Shown: positions 32,764 to 44,300 of the stretch, piece after piece | Position numbering within the stretch: the first letter of the stretch is position 1 | Layout of the letters: every line of letters starts with the position of its first letter | DNA from: Hydrurus foetidus | Lineage: Eukaryota | Reading direction: 5' to 3' | DNA: 44,300 nucleotides | NCBI GenBank assembly: GCA_900617105.1 | Contig: UYFQ01000025.1 | Coordinates: 1 to 44,300 of the forward strand | The notes under the pieces: generated by a model | What the model saw: only the letters and a program-made list of their open reading frames with translations | Database searches by the model: none | What the model was told of the DNA's origin: nothing | Made by a program: the position numbers and the translations under genes

Positions 32764-33636
32764 TTAACTGACTTTGGACAGATAGGCTGGACCGTATCTG
32801 TCAACGAGGACAAATATGATGAGTAAAAATGTTGAGCATAGCGCTATCGTTGTTGACGTGAAGGCTTTCTTTGATCTCCTACTTCTCCCGCTGCTGCCGC
32901 ATTCTGTGTTGAGCAACCGCGGCTGCGTGAGCGGAACGCATAACTGTAAGTGAGAATCTTCGCCGAGTTCGTTGGATTCATCCCAGCTCATCCTGGAGGA
33001 TTGGTTCAGGCCAGCACTACTGTTGGTTGGCACTCTTCCCATTTCGGAAACAGGAAACTCAGCATGTCTTAATGATGCGGATATACAGTCGAGGCTGGAA
33101 ACTTTATGAAACGCTGTCTGTGTCAGCATTCCAGGGGAATTCTTTGTGTCTGAACACTCTTCCGATCGGCCGTCATTCGCAAGTAATTCGTCGTAAGGAT
33201 CCTCGTTATCGGATATATCATCCTTCTCTTCGTCAGAAAGGTAATAATCGTCCGACGTAGCGCACATGTTTTCAAGCACGTCAAGCTCTGCATTTACTGT
33301 ATGATTCGGTTGATACAATTTCTTCCTCGCTTCTCTCCCTCCAATGTTCTCAAAAGCTGACAGGAGGCGGACTTCCGAATGCGCGCTTTGTTGAAAAGAA
33401 AAAAAATCTGATGACGTCCACCATAGGATTGGACATAAGCCTGCGCACTTGTATTCAACTCTAGACGGCACCAATATCACTCTCAGAAGCGGATTGAAGC
33501 ACACATTTTTGGTTCCTGATAGAGTTGAGCCACTTAGCATATGTGTCTCAAGATCGCCCGGAATATTTGCGCTTGGGCCCATTTGGCAGTTGAATGTTTG
33601 AAGTTTCCCGATGGACTCACTGCAGGTGACGGGCAT
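32764..33636 (-). CDS. Hypothetical tail-anchored protein with RVxF-like motif
   Basis: 290-aa ATG ORF; KNVCF followed by VILVPSRVEY...LWWTSSDF; C-terminal hydrophobic helix IALCSTFLLIIFVLV. Confidence 0.7.
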   Translation of the reverse strand: MPVTCSESIGKLQTFNCQMGPSANIPGDLETHMLSGSTLSGTKNVCFNPLLRVILVPSRVEYKCAGLCPILWWTSSDFFSFQQSAHSEVRLLSAFENIGGREARKKLYQPNHTVNAELDVLENMCATSDDYYLSDEEKDDISDNEDPYDELLANDGRSEECSDTKNSPGMLTQTAFHKVSSLDCISASLRHAEFPVSEMGRVPTNSSAGLNQSSRMSWDESNELGEDSHLQLCVPLTQPRLLNTECGSSGRSRRSKKAFTSTTIALCSTFLLIIFVLVDRYGPAYLSKVS

Positions 33637-34200
33637 AATGGAAGGTCACCTATTGAGCACTAGTATGACGATGTTTGTCACCGTCTGTGAGATATGCCGA
33701 AACGGAGAGAGCAGAGAGCAAGTACGAGTGTAAACGTCGTCCTTTCTCTTCATGATGGAAAGTGCACGCGTACAAGATCTTACATATGTCGTGTGTACTT
33801 ACGCAACACTGTCACAGATTTGATCCAAACCTCAATGTTATGTGCGTTTATGGATTTTGAAAACTGCAGGAGGGACTGATCACTTCGCAAACATGGAAAA
33901 TGACCTTAGTTGATACTAAAATCTTCAGCCCTTCTATCTGGGGTTGATTTTCACTATAGTTGATCTTCACCGTCAATTATCACATTGACAGATTTGCAGT
34001 CGCCCATCTAAGAATCGATTAGCTTACTTATGGATTATTTACTTCTGATCATTTACTGTATTACCAATACCACTGACCTCATTTTCACAACCATTGGTTA
34101 TTCGTTATTCCGTTACAAGTGGCCAGCGTCGTATATTTGAGAACCGAACCCACTGTAAAAAATTATTAGGTGGGTGAGACCAATCCGTGATTCTCACGGG

Positions 34201-34473
34201 TGCACGTGAACGGCTATTTGTGCAAGGCCCCCACTCAAAACCGAAAATTCAATTTTTGATTTCGGTGAAAAATATTTTTCTTTCCGTGATTTTGAGAGGT
34301 CACTTTCTTAATATTTGGCCTTAACGAAGAATTCACTGCATTAGAGATAAATTTAAGTATTTTCCTCACGAATGGGGACATCTCCAAGAAATTTGCAACA
34401 TCATAGGTCAGAAGGAAAACACTTTTTGTCCACCGCAAATAGCAGTGGACAAAAAAATAGCCGTTCACGTGCA
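34201..34473. mobile_element. Small MITE-like element
   Basis: 19-bp perfect TIR TGCACGTGAACGGCTATTT / AAATAGCCGTTCACGTGCA; flanks ACGGG / GCGGG (imperfect TSD). Confidence 0.65.
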
Positions 34474-34497
34474 GCGGGAAAATAATTCGAACGATAA

Positions 34498-35755
34498 GAC
34501 CGTTCCATACGGTCTGAGCTCTGAGATCTGATTTAAGTTCTCAGAACCCAAAACTGACGCTTACAGTCTGAGTTCTGAGAAAAATACCCAAATTTCTCAG
34601 AACTCTGCTTTCTCAGAAGTCGAGTTCTGAGAAAAAGGGCCCATTTTCTCAGAACTTGACTTCTGAGAAAGTAGACTTCTGAGAATTCTAGTGATCATTA
34701 CAGCATCGTAAATATTTACAGCACTGAGATAAATGACAGCTCCTGGAGTGCCACCGTCACCAGGATCCCAATGCTTCTTGCGAATTTTGCGCAGCGGTTA
34801 TGGCTTTTCATCGTAGGTACGTAACTGACAGAACTCGGCTCTTGAAGATACTGCGGGCAATTGAAGACTCAAAACAACTTTAAAACATCTGACGACCATG
34901 TACTAGTCATTCACAAAAGTTTTCCTAACGTTCAAATGCTGCCGAACCTAAGTGGGAACTTGACGGAGTGATTCCATCGTTTTGACGACGATGACATAGA
35001 TGGCAGCGTAGATGGCAGCGTAGATGACGGCATTGATGGCGGTGTCGACAAAGTATCGCGGCATTCAGCGGGCCAGATAAGGATAAATAATGCGCACTTA
35101 GGATAGAGCCCAGATTTAACGCCGTGGAATTCACCGCACATTTGTTTTTTGCCTCCCGCAATTCTGATCCTCTGAAATTCTAGTCATGCATTGTATCACA
35201 GCGACTTAAGTCTGTTTGATCGTCTCTCCGCAATCTGAGTTTATATGGGAAATGCTGCCATTTTTCTGCGATGCTTGATGATGGATGACTACGACTTTCG
35301 TGTCAAATTCTGTCAGCGGGCGAAGAGGACTTTCAACTGGCGTCCACTGACAATTATGAATTTGTCGACTCCATCCCTACTCCGGAGTGACTTTGAGCGC
35401 CTACTATGCGAACTTTTGTACGTTATAATCAACATATCATTCAGTTTACTATACAGAGTTTTTCTCCTCAACGCCCAGGTCAGCTTCGAACAGAATGACT
35501 CTTTTCAAAAATGATACAAACATCAATCGGCAGACATGAATGATGACGCTCAAGAACACACCTCCATCTCCACTGGCTTCAACACAATTGAGAAACTGCC
35601 AGCTGCATTCATAACAGTTGAGTAGCATACTTACACGGTACCGTGACATCCCAGAAGTTGGAACAACGGACAAAAAGAATCGGTGACTGAGAATTGGGAT
35701 CTGAGAAAAAAAAACCTAAAATCAGATCTCAGAACTCAAACCGTTAGGAACGGTC
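34498..35755. mobile_element. Non-autonomous PIF/Harbinger-like DNA transposon
   Basis: ~37-bp TIRs starting GACCGTTCC; TAA on both flanks (34495-34497, 35756-35758); subterminal TTCT(C/G)AGAA repeats. Confidence 0.82.
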
Positions 35756-35842
35756 TAAGGCCACAATTCAAGGGAACGATAGACGTCTCCGACATAATTT
35801 TACCATAGAATGTTTTCACGTTTTTCAATTAATTCTATTGTA

Positions 35843-35911
35843 TTTCTTGTTCGGTGGCCCTTTTTTTACGATAGAATCTGTATCGTAAAAAAAGGGCCAC
35901 CGAACACGAAA
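35843..35911. mobile_element. 69-bp hairpin MITE (Tc1/mariner-like, TA flanks)
   Basis: 31-bp arms with one mismatch, 7-nt loop GAATCTG, TA on each side. Confidence 0.65.
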
Positions 35912-36812
35912 TACCTGCGTAGGGGCATAGGCATATACGCATATGTATGCAAACGGAAAATAGGCCTATATCTGCGCTTATATAGGCAAGACCTGGTTAC
36001 ATATGCAAAAGTATTATAGCAGGCCTGATGCAGAACCCAGTGCGGAGTACGGAATTTTATATAAAAATTTGTATGTCATACGGATTGTTTTACTAAAATT
36101 TGTATTCCGTACTGGAAATTTAGTGAATGCATACTTCTCACTTCTCACTGTGCATATATTGCATATATATGCATGACGGGATGAAAAGTGCATATTGCCT
36201 ATACCGTCGCCGACCCTATGTTTTCAAAAAAATAATGGAAATAGGCCTCATACCGATCCAAGTTCTGTACCCCTCCAATCATACCTCATTCTTGCATTGT
36301 TTTAGCAGGATTGTGAAGTCTGCGCGACCAGGTCCAGAAACCTGTACTCTCAACATTTCCGACGGTCGATATCGACTCAACCATCGAACATATAGCTCCA
36401 TAACTACTGAACCACAGCATTTCCAACAGTGAAATTTTTCAGGCTCGTTGGAGTAGTGACCTATCAACAAGGCTAGCTAAAAAAATTCTGTTCCCAGAGG
36501 ATTTCTCAGGTCAGCTTTGATCATTTCCCCGCCGCTTCAGAAATGAAAGTGCGACGCTGTTGCTGCGTGAATGGAGATCAATGCGCTGAGATACAAAAGC
36601 GACTGAAAGCTTTGGGAGCATCGAATATGTGAGGGAAATGACTTTTGCTTTTCTCAGACATGCAGAGTGCTCAAGTTTGTGATGTTCGAGCGCTTCATTT
36701 TCACTCTTTATTTCGGCACTTTATTGACAGGGTTGGATATGCTTACTTCCCTCGCCTGACTGTCAGAAGAGAAACGAAAAACTATGCCTTCAAAGCTGGT
36801 TTATTAAAGGGT

Positions 36813-37030
36813 TGTGACCCGCACAGCTGTACAGCCGTACGGGTACAGGCGTACGTTCGGTTCGGATCGGGGACGATCCGAGCCATCCGATTCATGACTT
36901 GCCTATCGCTGTGTTTATCTGTAAGCTAACCACATCTCTTTAGCCAATAGCACCAGCACAACAGCTGCCTTCCTCTTGCCCTCGCGCCCCGTCCCATCAG
37001 ACCCACCGCAGAGCCCATAGTTAGGCCACA
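36813..37030 (+). repeat. 5' LTR of Gypsy E
   Basis: TGTGACC...GGCCACA, 218 bp. Confidence 0.96.
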
Positions 37031-37579
37031 ATACTAGTATTTGGACCAACTTGGTGCTCTTTTTAGAGACCAGTTCCAAAACGCGTCCCAAAAACATCGC
37101 CACGACCCGTAAAACGGCGTGCAAACAAGCTAGTAACTTGGAAACAAGTGAAAACAACGTCGAAAGACACTACAAAGGCTACGTCTAATCGACAGCCTCT
37201 GAAACGCTTTAGTTAAAAAGCTCGAGTCGTCGATATTTTCGCGACAAAATCGTGACGGCTTCAAAACTCGAAGCCTAACGAAGCAAGTAGCTCTGAGTCG
37301 AGCAAAAGCAAGTCCCATCGTTATAGAAACGAAAGCTGGCCAAAACGCCCGCAGTTTAGCTCCTTGAAAGGTTCAAAACGCCAGGCAACTTTTCGAGCGA
37401 TTTCCGACGAAATCGCGCGAAAGTAAACCACCAACAGCTCCGTCAGTTAAAGGATCCTACGATCCCACGACATCATAGCTGCGGGACCACATCCTCAGCT
37501 CCATAGAGAGCCGCGTCCGAGTTCCGTCGCTGTCCAAGACCCCAAGATCCACGACGTTTAAACTCAAGACAAAAGTCCC

Positions 37580-40500
37580 ATGACAAGGGCCCAAATAAAG
37601 AAGAAAGCGGCTGCTAACGCAGCCGCCTCTGCTTCTTCAGCTCCAAGCGCTTCGCGCAGTGCTCCTCTCACTGAGAAGGAAAAGCACAAAGCGGAGCAGG
37701 CCCTTGTAAAGCAAAACATCGAGAAATCGATACAGGCTCTGGCCAAAGAAGCAATACATGTTTCGGCTACCCCAACTCGTCTTGAGGACGAACAAATTTT
37801 CTTCCAAAGCGTCATAGCAGCAACAAAAGAAATGCAAGCAGCTCACAACTAGAGCAAGCACAAATAGCTGCTGCACAAGCTGCTGCCGACGCTTTAGAAC
37901 CCTCAAACGACGAGCTCCTCGGGTTGGCACCCGAGGAAGCCGAGGGCGAGACAGACTCTCCCCTCGATACCCGCGGGTACTTAAAAAGAGGGGGAGAAAT
38001 CTCGATACTCCCTCCGCGACTGCAACAGATCGGTGCAGAGGACGATCTGTTCGAACCATCAGTCGACGCCAAAGTCACAACAAAAAAGGCATCCGACACC
38101 GGCAAGGCCGAGGCCGACGCCGAGTCAGATCCGGAGGCTGACGCCGACGGTGACGACAATGCCAACAACAACGACGACGACAAACCCCCGACGAGTCCGA
38201 CGACGACAACGACAGTAACGTCGACGACGTTAACGACACGGGAGGCGATGGTGGCAACCCCGACAGCTCCTCCGACGAGTCCGACGCAAGTAGTGGCGAC
38301 GGGGACGACGGAGAGGGTGACGGGGACGACGACGGGAACGACAACAGCGACGACGATGAAGCGAAAGCTGAAGTCGAAGTCGAAGACGACGAGGAGGTCG
38401 AACCCGAAAAGTCTAAGCCCAAGGACAAAAGTCCCTTAAGATAAAACCCCTCGCCAAGAAAAAGTCCCCAAAGGCGGGTCCCAAACCCGCCCCAAAGGAC
38501 AAAAAGGTGAAAACCAAAGCCGATGCCAAATCCGGTAAAACACACCGCGCGCAAAAGGCGGAAAACTCGGAAGAGGATTCCCCTCCACAACGCAAAGCGG
38601 GTTTGCAAACCTCCATCATCAACATGAAGGAGGCGTACTACCTCACTCGAGAAAAACTTCTCGACGACGCTGATAAAGCAGCAAGAGCGTTTTACGAACA
38701 AGCATACCGCCCCGGTATGTTAACCAGTTGGGAAATGCTAATCGAAATGGATGCCATCCAAACGATCCGCGACCAGTTGCTTCGATGCAAAAGCGAGACA
38801 GGTTACAACACCAAGACTTGTCTCGCCTGGCCAACGGTCGACGGCAAAACGTTAACGTTAAAGAACATTGCAAATGATCTTAAAAAGATCTTTTACAAAA
38901 ACAAACGTACGTCTTCCCATTTCGACTTCGAAATGAAGTTGAAGAATTGCAAATTCCGCATCAGCTGGAAAGATCCTTCTGTTGAAGACAGAGCTCTCTC
39001 TGAGTTCCGTGACATCCTACTCGGATTCTGGACGTCATACGACAATATCGATGCCGACATGCAAAATGATATCTGTAAGGCCTTCTACAAGAAGCTGCCA
39101 AAGAACAACAAGTTTACAGACAATTTCATGGCAAAGACAAAACGTAAGACGAAAAAGACCGGGAAAGATACCATCTTCAAAATGCTCACGCGTCTTGTCG
39201 TCATGCTGGGCGAAGCACGCCAGATGATCAAAGACGCGGAGGACATGGGAGGTCTCGACTTCGTCTTCGAGTCAAAGCTCACGCCAACCGACCAAGACGA
39301 CGTTGAGGTCGCACCTCACCGTGACAGCCACTCGGCTAACGCCTACAAGGCAATCCCAAAACGTCAGGTGGACCCTGAGTCGTCCGGCCTCAGCCGGGCG
39401 ACCAACTTCTGTCACACCTGTGGCAAAAAGGGACACAACCGTTACGAATGCCAAAACCACATGAACCCTCACTGCAACCGTAGCCATCGCACTTGGTCGC
39501 AGTCTGAGGAGGCAAAGGACTTCAAACGGATTGGTCACGAATTCTTCGTACCAAATGTGTACATCAACGGGGAACTTACCCGGGACACCAACAACCCCGG
39601 GGCAGCTACCTACGTGTATCCATCTGACGATGTTGAGAACGACTTCTCTCCTCCAGGGAGAGCCCAAGACGACCGTCCGACCAAGAAACAAAAGCTGGCC
39701 ACCAACAACAACACCAAGTACAACAAGTACAAGAGCAACCAGACTCAACCGGATAGGGACAACGATCGTTCTAACACGAACAAGTTGAGCTCCAACTACA
39801 AGGGAAAAAGTAAGTCACAACTTGCTAACCCAAGTACGGACATAATCGAGTACGCTCGAGAATTACCGTCAATGAAACAACTTCTATCAGCTGTATTAAC
39901 TGAAAACATAGATGATTTCTTACAAGTTCACATATCTCTACCACAGATCCGATCGCCAATTTCAAACCAAGTCGCGACCGACCTGACGATCGCAGGGACA
40001 ACTCGCACCAGGCGGAGAGCAAGGAGGGGGACAGACATAAGTCTTCCTCCTCCTCCTCCAACCAATACGTGCCAAACTAGAGGCATGGAAGCCCTAGCCC
40101 AAATCGACACTGGATGTCAAGTCGGGGACGTCATCAACGGTAGAGTCCTTCGGGGCCTCCGTGGCGAAACCCACTTGAGGAAATCCGACTCACCCATGTG
40201 GATGTGTAGTGGCTTAAATAATCAATGTGTAGAATCTACAAATGTGCTTGATATTGTTGTATCATTTAATAAAGACGATTTAAAACACACTTTTAGTCTT
40301 CCTGTCCGAATAGCTCCGGAGTCAAAAGTCGACCTAATCTTAGGATTACAGACTATAAAAAATTTAAATTTAGTAAAAATTATACCAGAGTTCTTCCAGA
40401 ACCTCGATAAAATAACGCCTAGTGCGATACCAGCTTCACCGCTGAAGAAACAAAGGGTGTCGTTCTCGGCTGAGGACGATGCACAAGTACCACACACGGT

Positions 40501-43500
40501 ACTCATAGACACCGAACTACCCCCCGAGGTAATATCAGCCGAATCAGCGTCAGCAGACACAATCCAAACGGAAATTCCTTTACCGTTACTAACGGAAAAG
40601 GACACTGTCCAAAAGGAAAGTAAAATAGCTGATCCAGGGTCCCCACTACCTCCTGGCATTTTGTCATGGAGGGCATAAATCCCTCGACTACAGACTTTCC
40701 CCGGCAGGATAACCTGGTAGCTCGAGGTGCTTGTACACACAAGACTTGCAACTCTTCATGCGGGTGTTCTACAAGCTCAGCGACGGCAGTTGCTCAGCTT
40801 GCTTCCGATGAGTCCATACTACGCACCACCAATTTGACAACACTAGTGTTGCCACTTCCGCGTCAGAATGGATCTGGTGTAAAAACCAAAAGGCGTAAGA
40901 GAGTAGCTACTCTTACACCCTCATCCATAACACCAACCGAAACGCGTGGTATTGCGGCAGCTCTACTTAGGGAGGAAGACGAAGACCTCCCTGAGGTTCG
41001 GTCTTTCCGTGATAAGGAAGGGATCGACTACAAGTCGAAGGATACCTTCGCTCCTTTTCAAGACAATCAAACAACGATTCGATGTACTTAATTGATTTAA
41101 TACATATCGATGGTACACCAACTGAGATTGCCGAAATTAAAGCGATTTGCATAAAACACAAATCGCTTTTCAAAAACGAGCTGGGTCCAGAACCCGCTCG
41201 AATTCCCCCTTTCGATTTCAAAAAGGTAAACATACCTCAATGGAAACACTTCCGTAATCGGGGTGCTCCCAGAGTCGCTTCAACGATGCGACAAGAGGAA
41301 ATCAGGAAACAAATCGTAGCAATGCTCAAAAAGGGAATAATAAAACCATCCGATGCCTCATATTACTCCCAAGTAATACTTGCAAATAAACCAGACGGTT
41401 CACTCCGATTCTGCATAGATTACAGGAACCTCAATGAGGCAACCGAATCTGCAAGTTGGCCGATCCCAAATATAAAACAAATGTTATACAGACTTGGCGC
41501 GCAACGGCCAAACGTATTCGGCGTAATCGACCTTACGGCCGGATACCACCAAGCCCCAATAACACTGGCGGCACAAGTATTTACCGCATTTATAACATTT
41601 ATGGGTATATACCAATTCACACGACTACCATTCGGTCCCAAGATGGCCCCATCATACTTTCAACAGATGATGGCGTCAATAGTACTACTTGGCCTGATAT
41701 ACAGCATCTGTGAAGTCTATTTAGACGACATCATCATATATGCTGATGGACACATCCAATTCTGTGAACGTTTAGAAACATTGTTTCAACGTCTAGAAGA
41801 TAAAAACATTTCACTCAAGGCTGCAAAGCTAAGACTTAACGTCAAAGTAGTTGAATATGTTGGTAGACAAATATCTAAGGAAGGTATATCAATGAGCTCC
41901 AAAAAGATAACGGGTGTGACTGACTTTCCGATGCCAAGAAAGACAACTGAACTACGTTCGTTCCTCGGTCTCACCAATTACTTTAGGGATCATGTACCAA
42001 ATCACTCAAATGTGGTAGCACCGCTACACAAAATGATAGATCACGCCGCCAAAAGCAAACATTGCTTGTCTGGACAGACGAAGCGGCCGACGCGTTTACG
42101 TTAGTCAAAGATCTTATCTCCAAGAGTCCCTTATTATATTTCATCGACGATGTAGCACCTATTACCCTCATGACAGATGCGTCTGACTACGGTATAGGTG
42201 GTTATTTATATCAAGAAGTCGACGGAGTAAAACAACTCGTCGCTCTCGTAAGCAAATCTCTTACCAAGACCCAGTTGAAATGGTCCGTAATACAAAAAGA
42301 GGCTTACGCCCTTTACTTTTGCTGTGACTATCTCGACGCCCTGCTACGAGATCGTAAGTTTACTATCCTGACCGATCACAAAAATCTTACTTTCCTGCAC
42401 AAGGATAAAAATGAGATGGTCGGAAGATGGCGCTGTGCGCTACAGGAATTAGATTTTACGATAGGGTATATCCCTGGGAAAAATAATGAAGTCGCTGACG
42501 CAATGTCACGCCTATGTAAAACAAGATGCCGAAACACATCATAACAGCAATCCTAACTTGCAAACCGCTTGCAGCGGAAATATATGCATACTTAATGCGT
42601 GTCCACAACTCTACCGTTGGGCACGGAGGATTCAATCGCACTTTGCGAAACCTAAAAAATAGGGAAAGTATGGGAAGGCATGAGACACGATATAAGAGCA
42701 TACATTAAACAATGCCCGTGTTGCCAAAAGATGTCTGCTGACAAACAAAAACCCGTCACCCATCGTTTCACAACATCAACATATGCACCTATGGAATGCA
42801 TAAACATAGACTTTATTGGTCCATTCCCGGATAAAGGATACATCCTTGTTATGGTAGACACCTTCACAAGGTTTGTCGAACTATCAGCCACAACTGATAA
42901 TACTGCAAAATCAGCCGTAACAGGCCTAATAGAACACATCGGTCGCTACGGAGCTCCCAAATTCCTGCGATCCGATAACGGTTCCCATTTCGTAAACAAA
43001 ATCCTCGAGGAATTTGTAAAAGTTGCCGGTACAACACACAACCTTATTCTACCATACTCTTCGCAAGAAAACTCGATAGTAGAGCGTATGAATAAGGAAA
43101 TTAACCGACACATCACGGCATTTACATTTGACCGTGCAACTACGGAAAACTACCGAGAAATTTTACCATTCGTACAACGAATTATAAATACGACATTCAA
43201 CGTACGGACACAGTCAACAGCAGCAAAGCTTATATACGGCAATGCTATTGACCTTGATGCCAACATCCTTCTCCCTCGAGATGAGATAAACTTAGACATG
43301 GCTCATGTCACCCATTCTACTGAGAAAATTATGCAGATGCAAGATGAACTCATCAGAATCACTGCTGAACTACTCAAAGAAGCGGACGAGAAACGAAAAG
43401 CAGGCGGTTCCACCGACTACACAACGTTCGAAATCGACTCGTTGGTACTGGTTACCCACCGCACATCAAAACCAACACGCATGCACACTTTATGGAAAGG

Positions 43501-43867
43501 TCCCATGCAAGTGGTCGCAAACGATCTCGACGAGTATACACTACTCGATCTTATTACCAACCGCGAAAAAAGATACCATGTATCAAATATTAAACAATTT
43601 GAGTTTGACCCTACAAAGGTCAACCCAACCGATATCGCCCGACGAGATTATCTCGAATTCTTTATCGAAGATATCCTAGCAATGGAAGGGAACATCCGAG
43701 TGGTGGGAACATTAAAGTTTCACGTCAAGTGGCTAAATTATCCCCACGACAGAAACACTTGGGAACCGTGGAAAAACATGCGTGACGCTGAAAAAGTCCA
43801 CGAGTTCTTAATTGCTAAAAACCTAAAACACTTGATTCCAAGTAAATTTGCTGAAAATTATCGTTAA
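37580..43867 (+). pseudogene. gag-pol: Gypsy E Gag-Pol (stop at 37850-37852 and several single-base indels)
   Basis: CHTCGKKGHNRYEC and QIDTGC in one ORF (38507-40678); RT YLDD; RH; IN; chromodomain. Confidence 0.93.
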
Positions 43868-44084
43868 CCGATATACAGTATAAAACACATAGGTTTAAAA
43901 AAAAAAAAAACACTAAATCAAAAAGATTACTCCCAATTTTCATCCTAACAGATTTTAGGGAGGTTTACTCAGTACGAACTTTATGTTTTAAGTCTGAAAT
44001 AGTAGTTTTATGTTAGTATTTAGACATAGATAAGTTTGTTAATGAAAAATTTAGTACACCTTTTCTTCCAGAGAGAGGGGCCAT

Positions 44085-44300
44085 TGTGACCCGCACAGCT
44101 GTACAGCTGTACGGGTACAGGCGTACGTTCGGTTCGGATCGGGGACGATCCGAGCCATCCGATTCATGACTTGCCTATCTCTGTGTTTATCTGTAAGCTA
44201 ACCACATCTCTTTAGCAATAGCACCAGCACAACAGCTGCCTTCCTCTTGCCCTCGCGCCCCGTCCCATCAGACCCACCGCAGAGCCCATAGTTAGGCCAC
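44085..44300 (+). repeat. 3' LTR of Gypsy E (final base beyond window)
   Basis: Direct repeat of 36813-37030, preceded by AGAGAGAGGGG. Confidence 0.95.

Larger units (their letters stand above)
36813..44300 (+). mobile_element. Ty3/Gypsy chromovirus E (relative of D)
   Basis: LTRs 36813-37030 and 44085-window end (2 substitutions plus 1 indel); same domain order as D; PPT 44070-44080; TSD not visible. Confidence 0.96.

Noticed and set aside
34570..35045. CRISPR-like repeat array
   Set aside because: Short inverted or tandem units without unique spacers, no cas genes, eukaryotic context.
35920..36218. hAT-like MITE with TAGGG...CCCTA ends
   Set aside because: Inverted similarity is short and gapped, and there is no 8-bp TSD (TACCTGCG vs TGTTTTCA).

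Overview
Eukaryotic, transposon-rich window. The CoDi-like Copia proteins and long intronless genes suggest a stramenopile/ochrophyte-type host (inference). 1-23562 is an LTR-retrotransposon cluster. An AT-rich Copia-type remnant (A) is fused by a deletion to a 5'-truncated CoDi-like Copia (B). A full-length CoDi-like Copia (C) follows; a long palindromic foldback element interrupts its pol 3' end, and a chromodomain Gypsy (D) sits inside that foldback. 23657-33636 holds three host genes (GT10 alpha-1,3-fucosyltransferase; a ~1935-aa pseudo-USP/TPR/coiled-coil/KH protein; a tail-anchored RVxF-like protein) plus a P-like MITE. 34200-35915 is a cluster of small DNA transposons. 36813-44300 is a second, related chromovirus (E). 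The most notable signals are at the primer-binding positions, none of which shows a tRNA-type PBS: Copia C has a 9-nt PBS complementary to its own LTR (Tf1-like self-priming), and Gypsy D and E have a 12-bp palindrome there plus an identical 30-nt leader element. Copia A also carries a large unknown domain between a CCCH-finger Gag and the protease.
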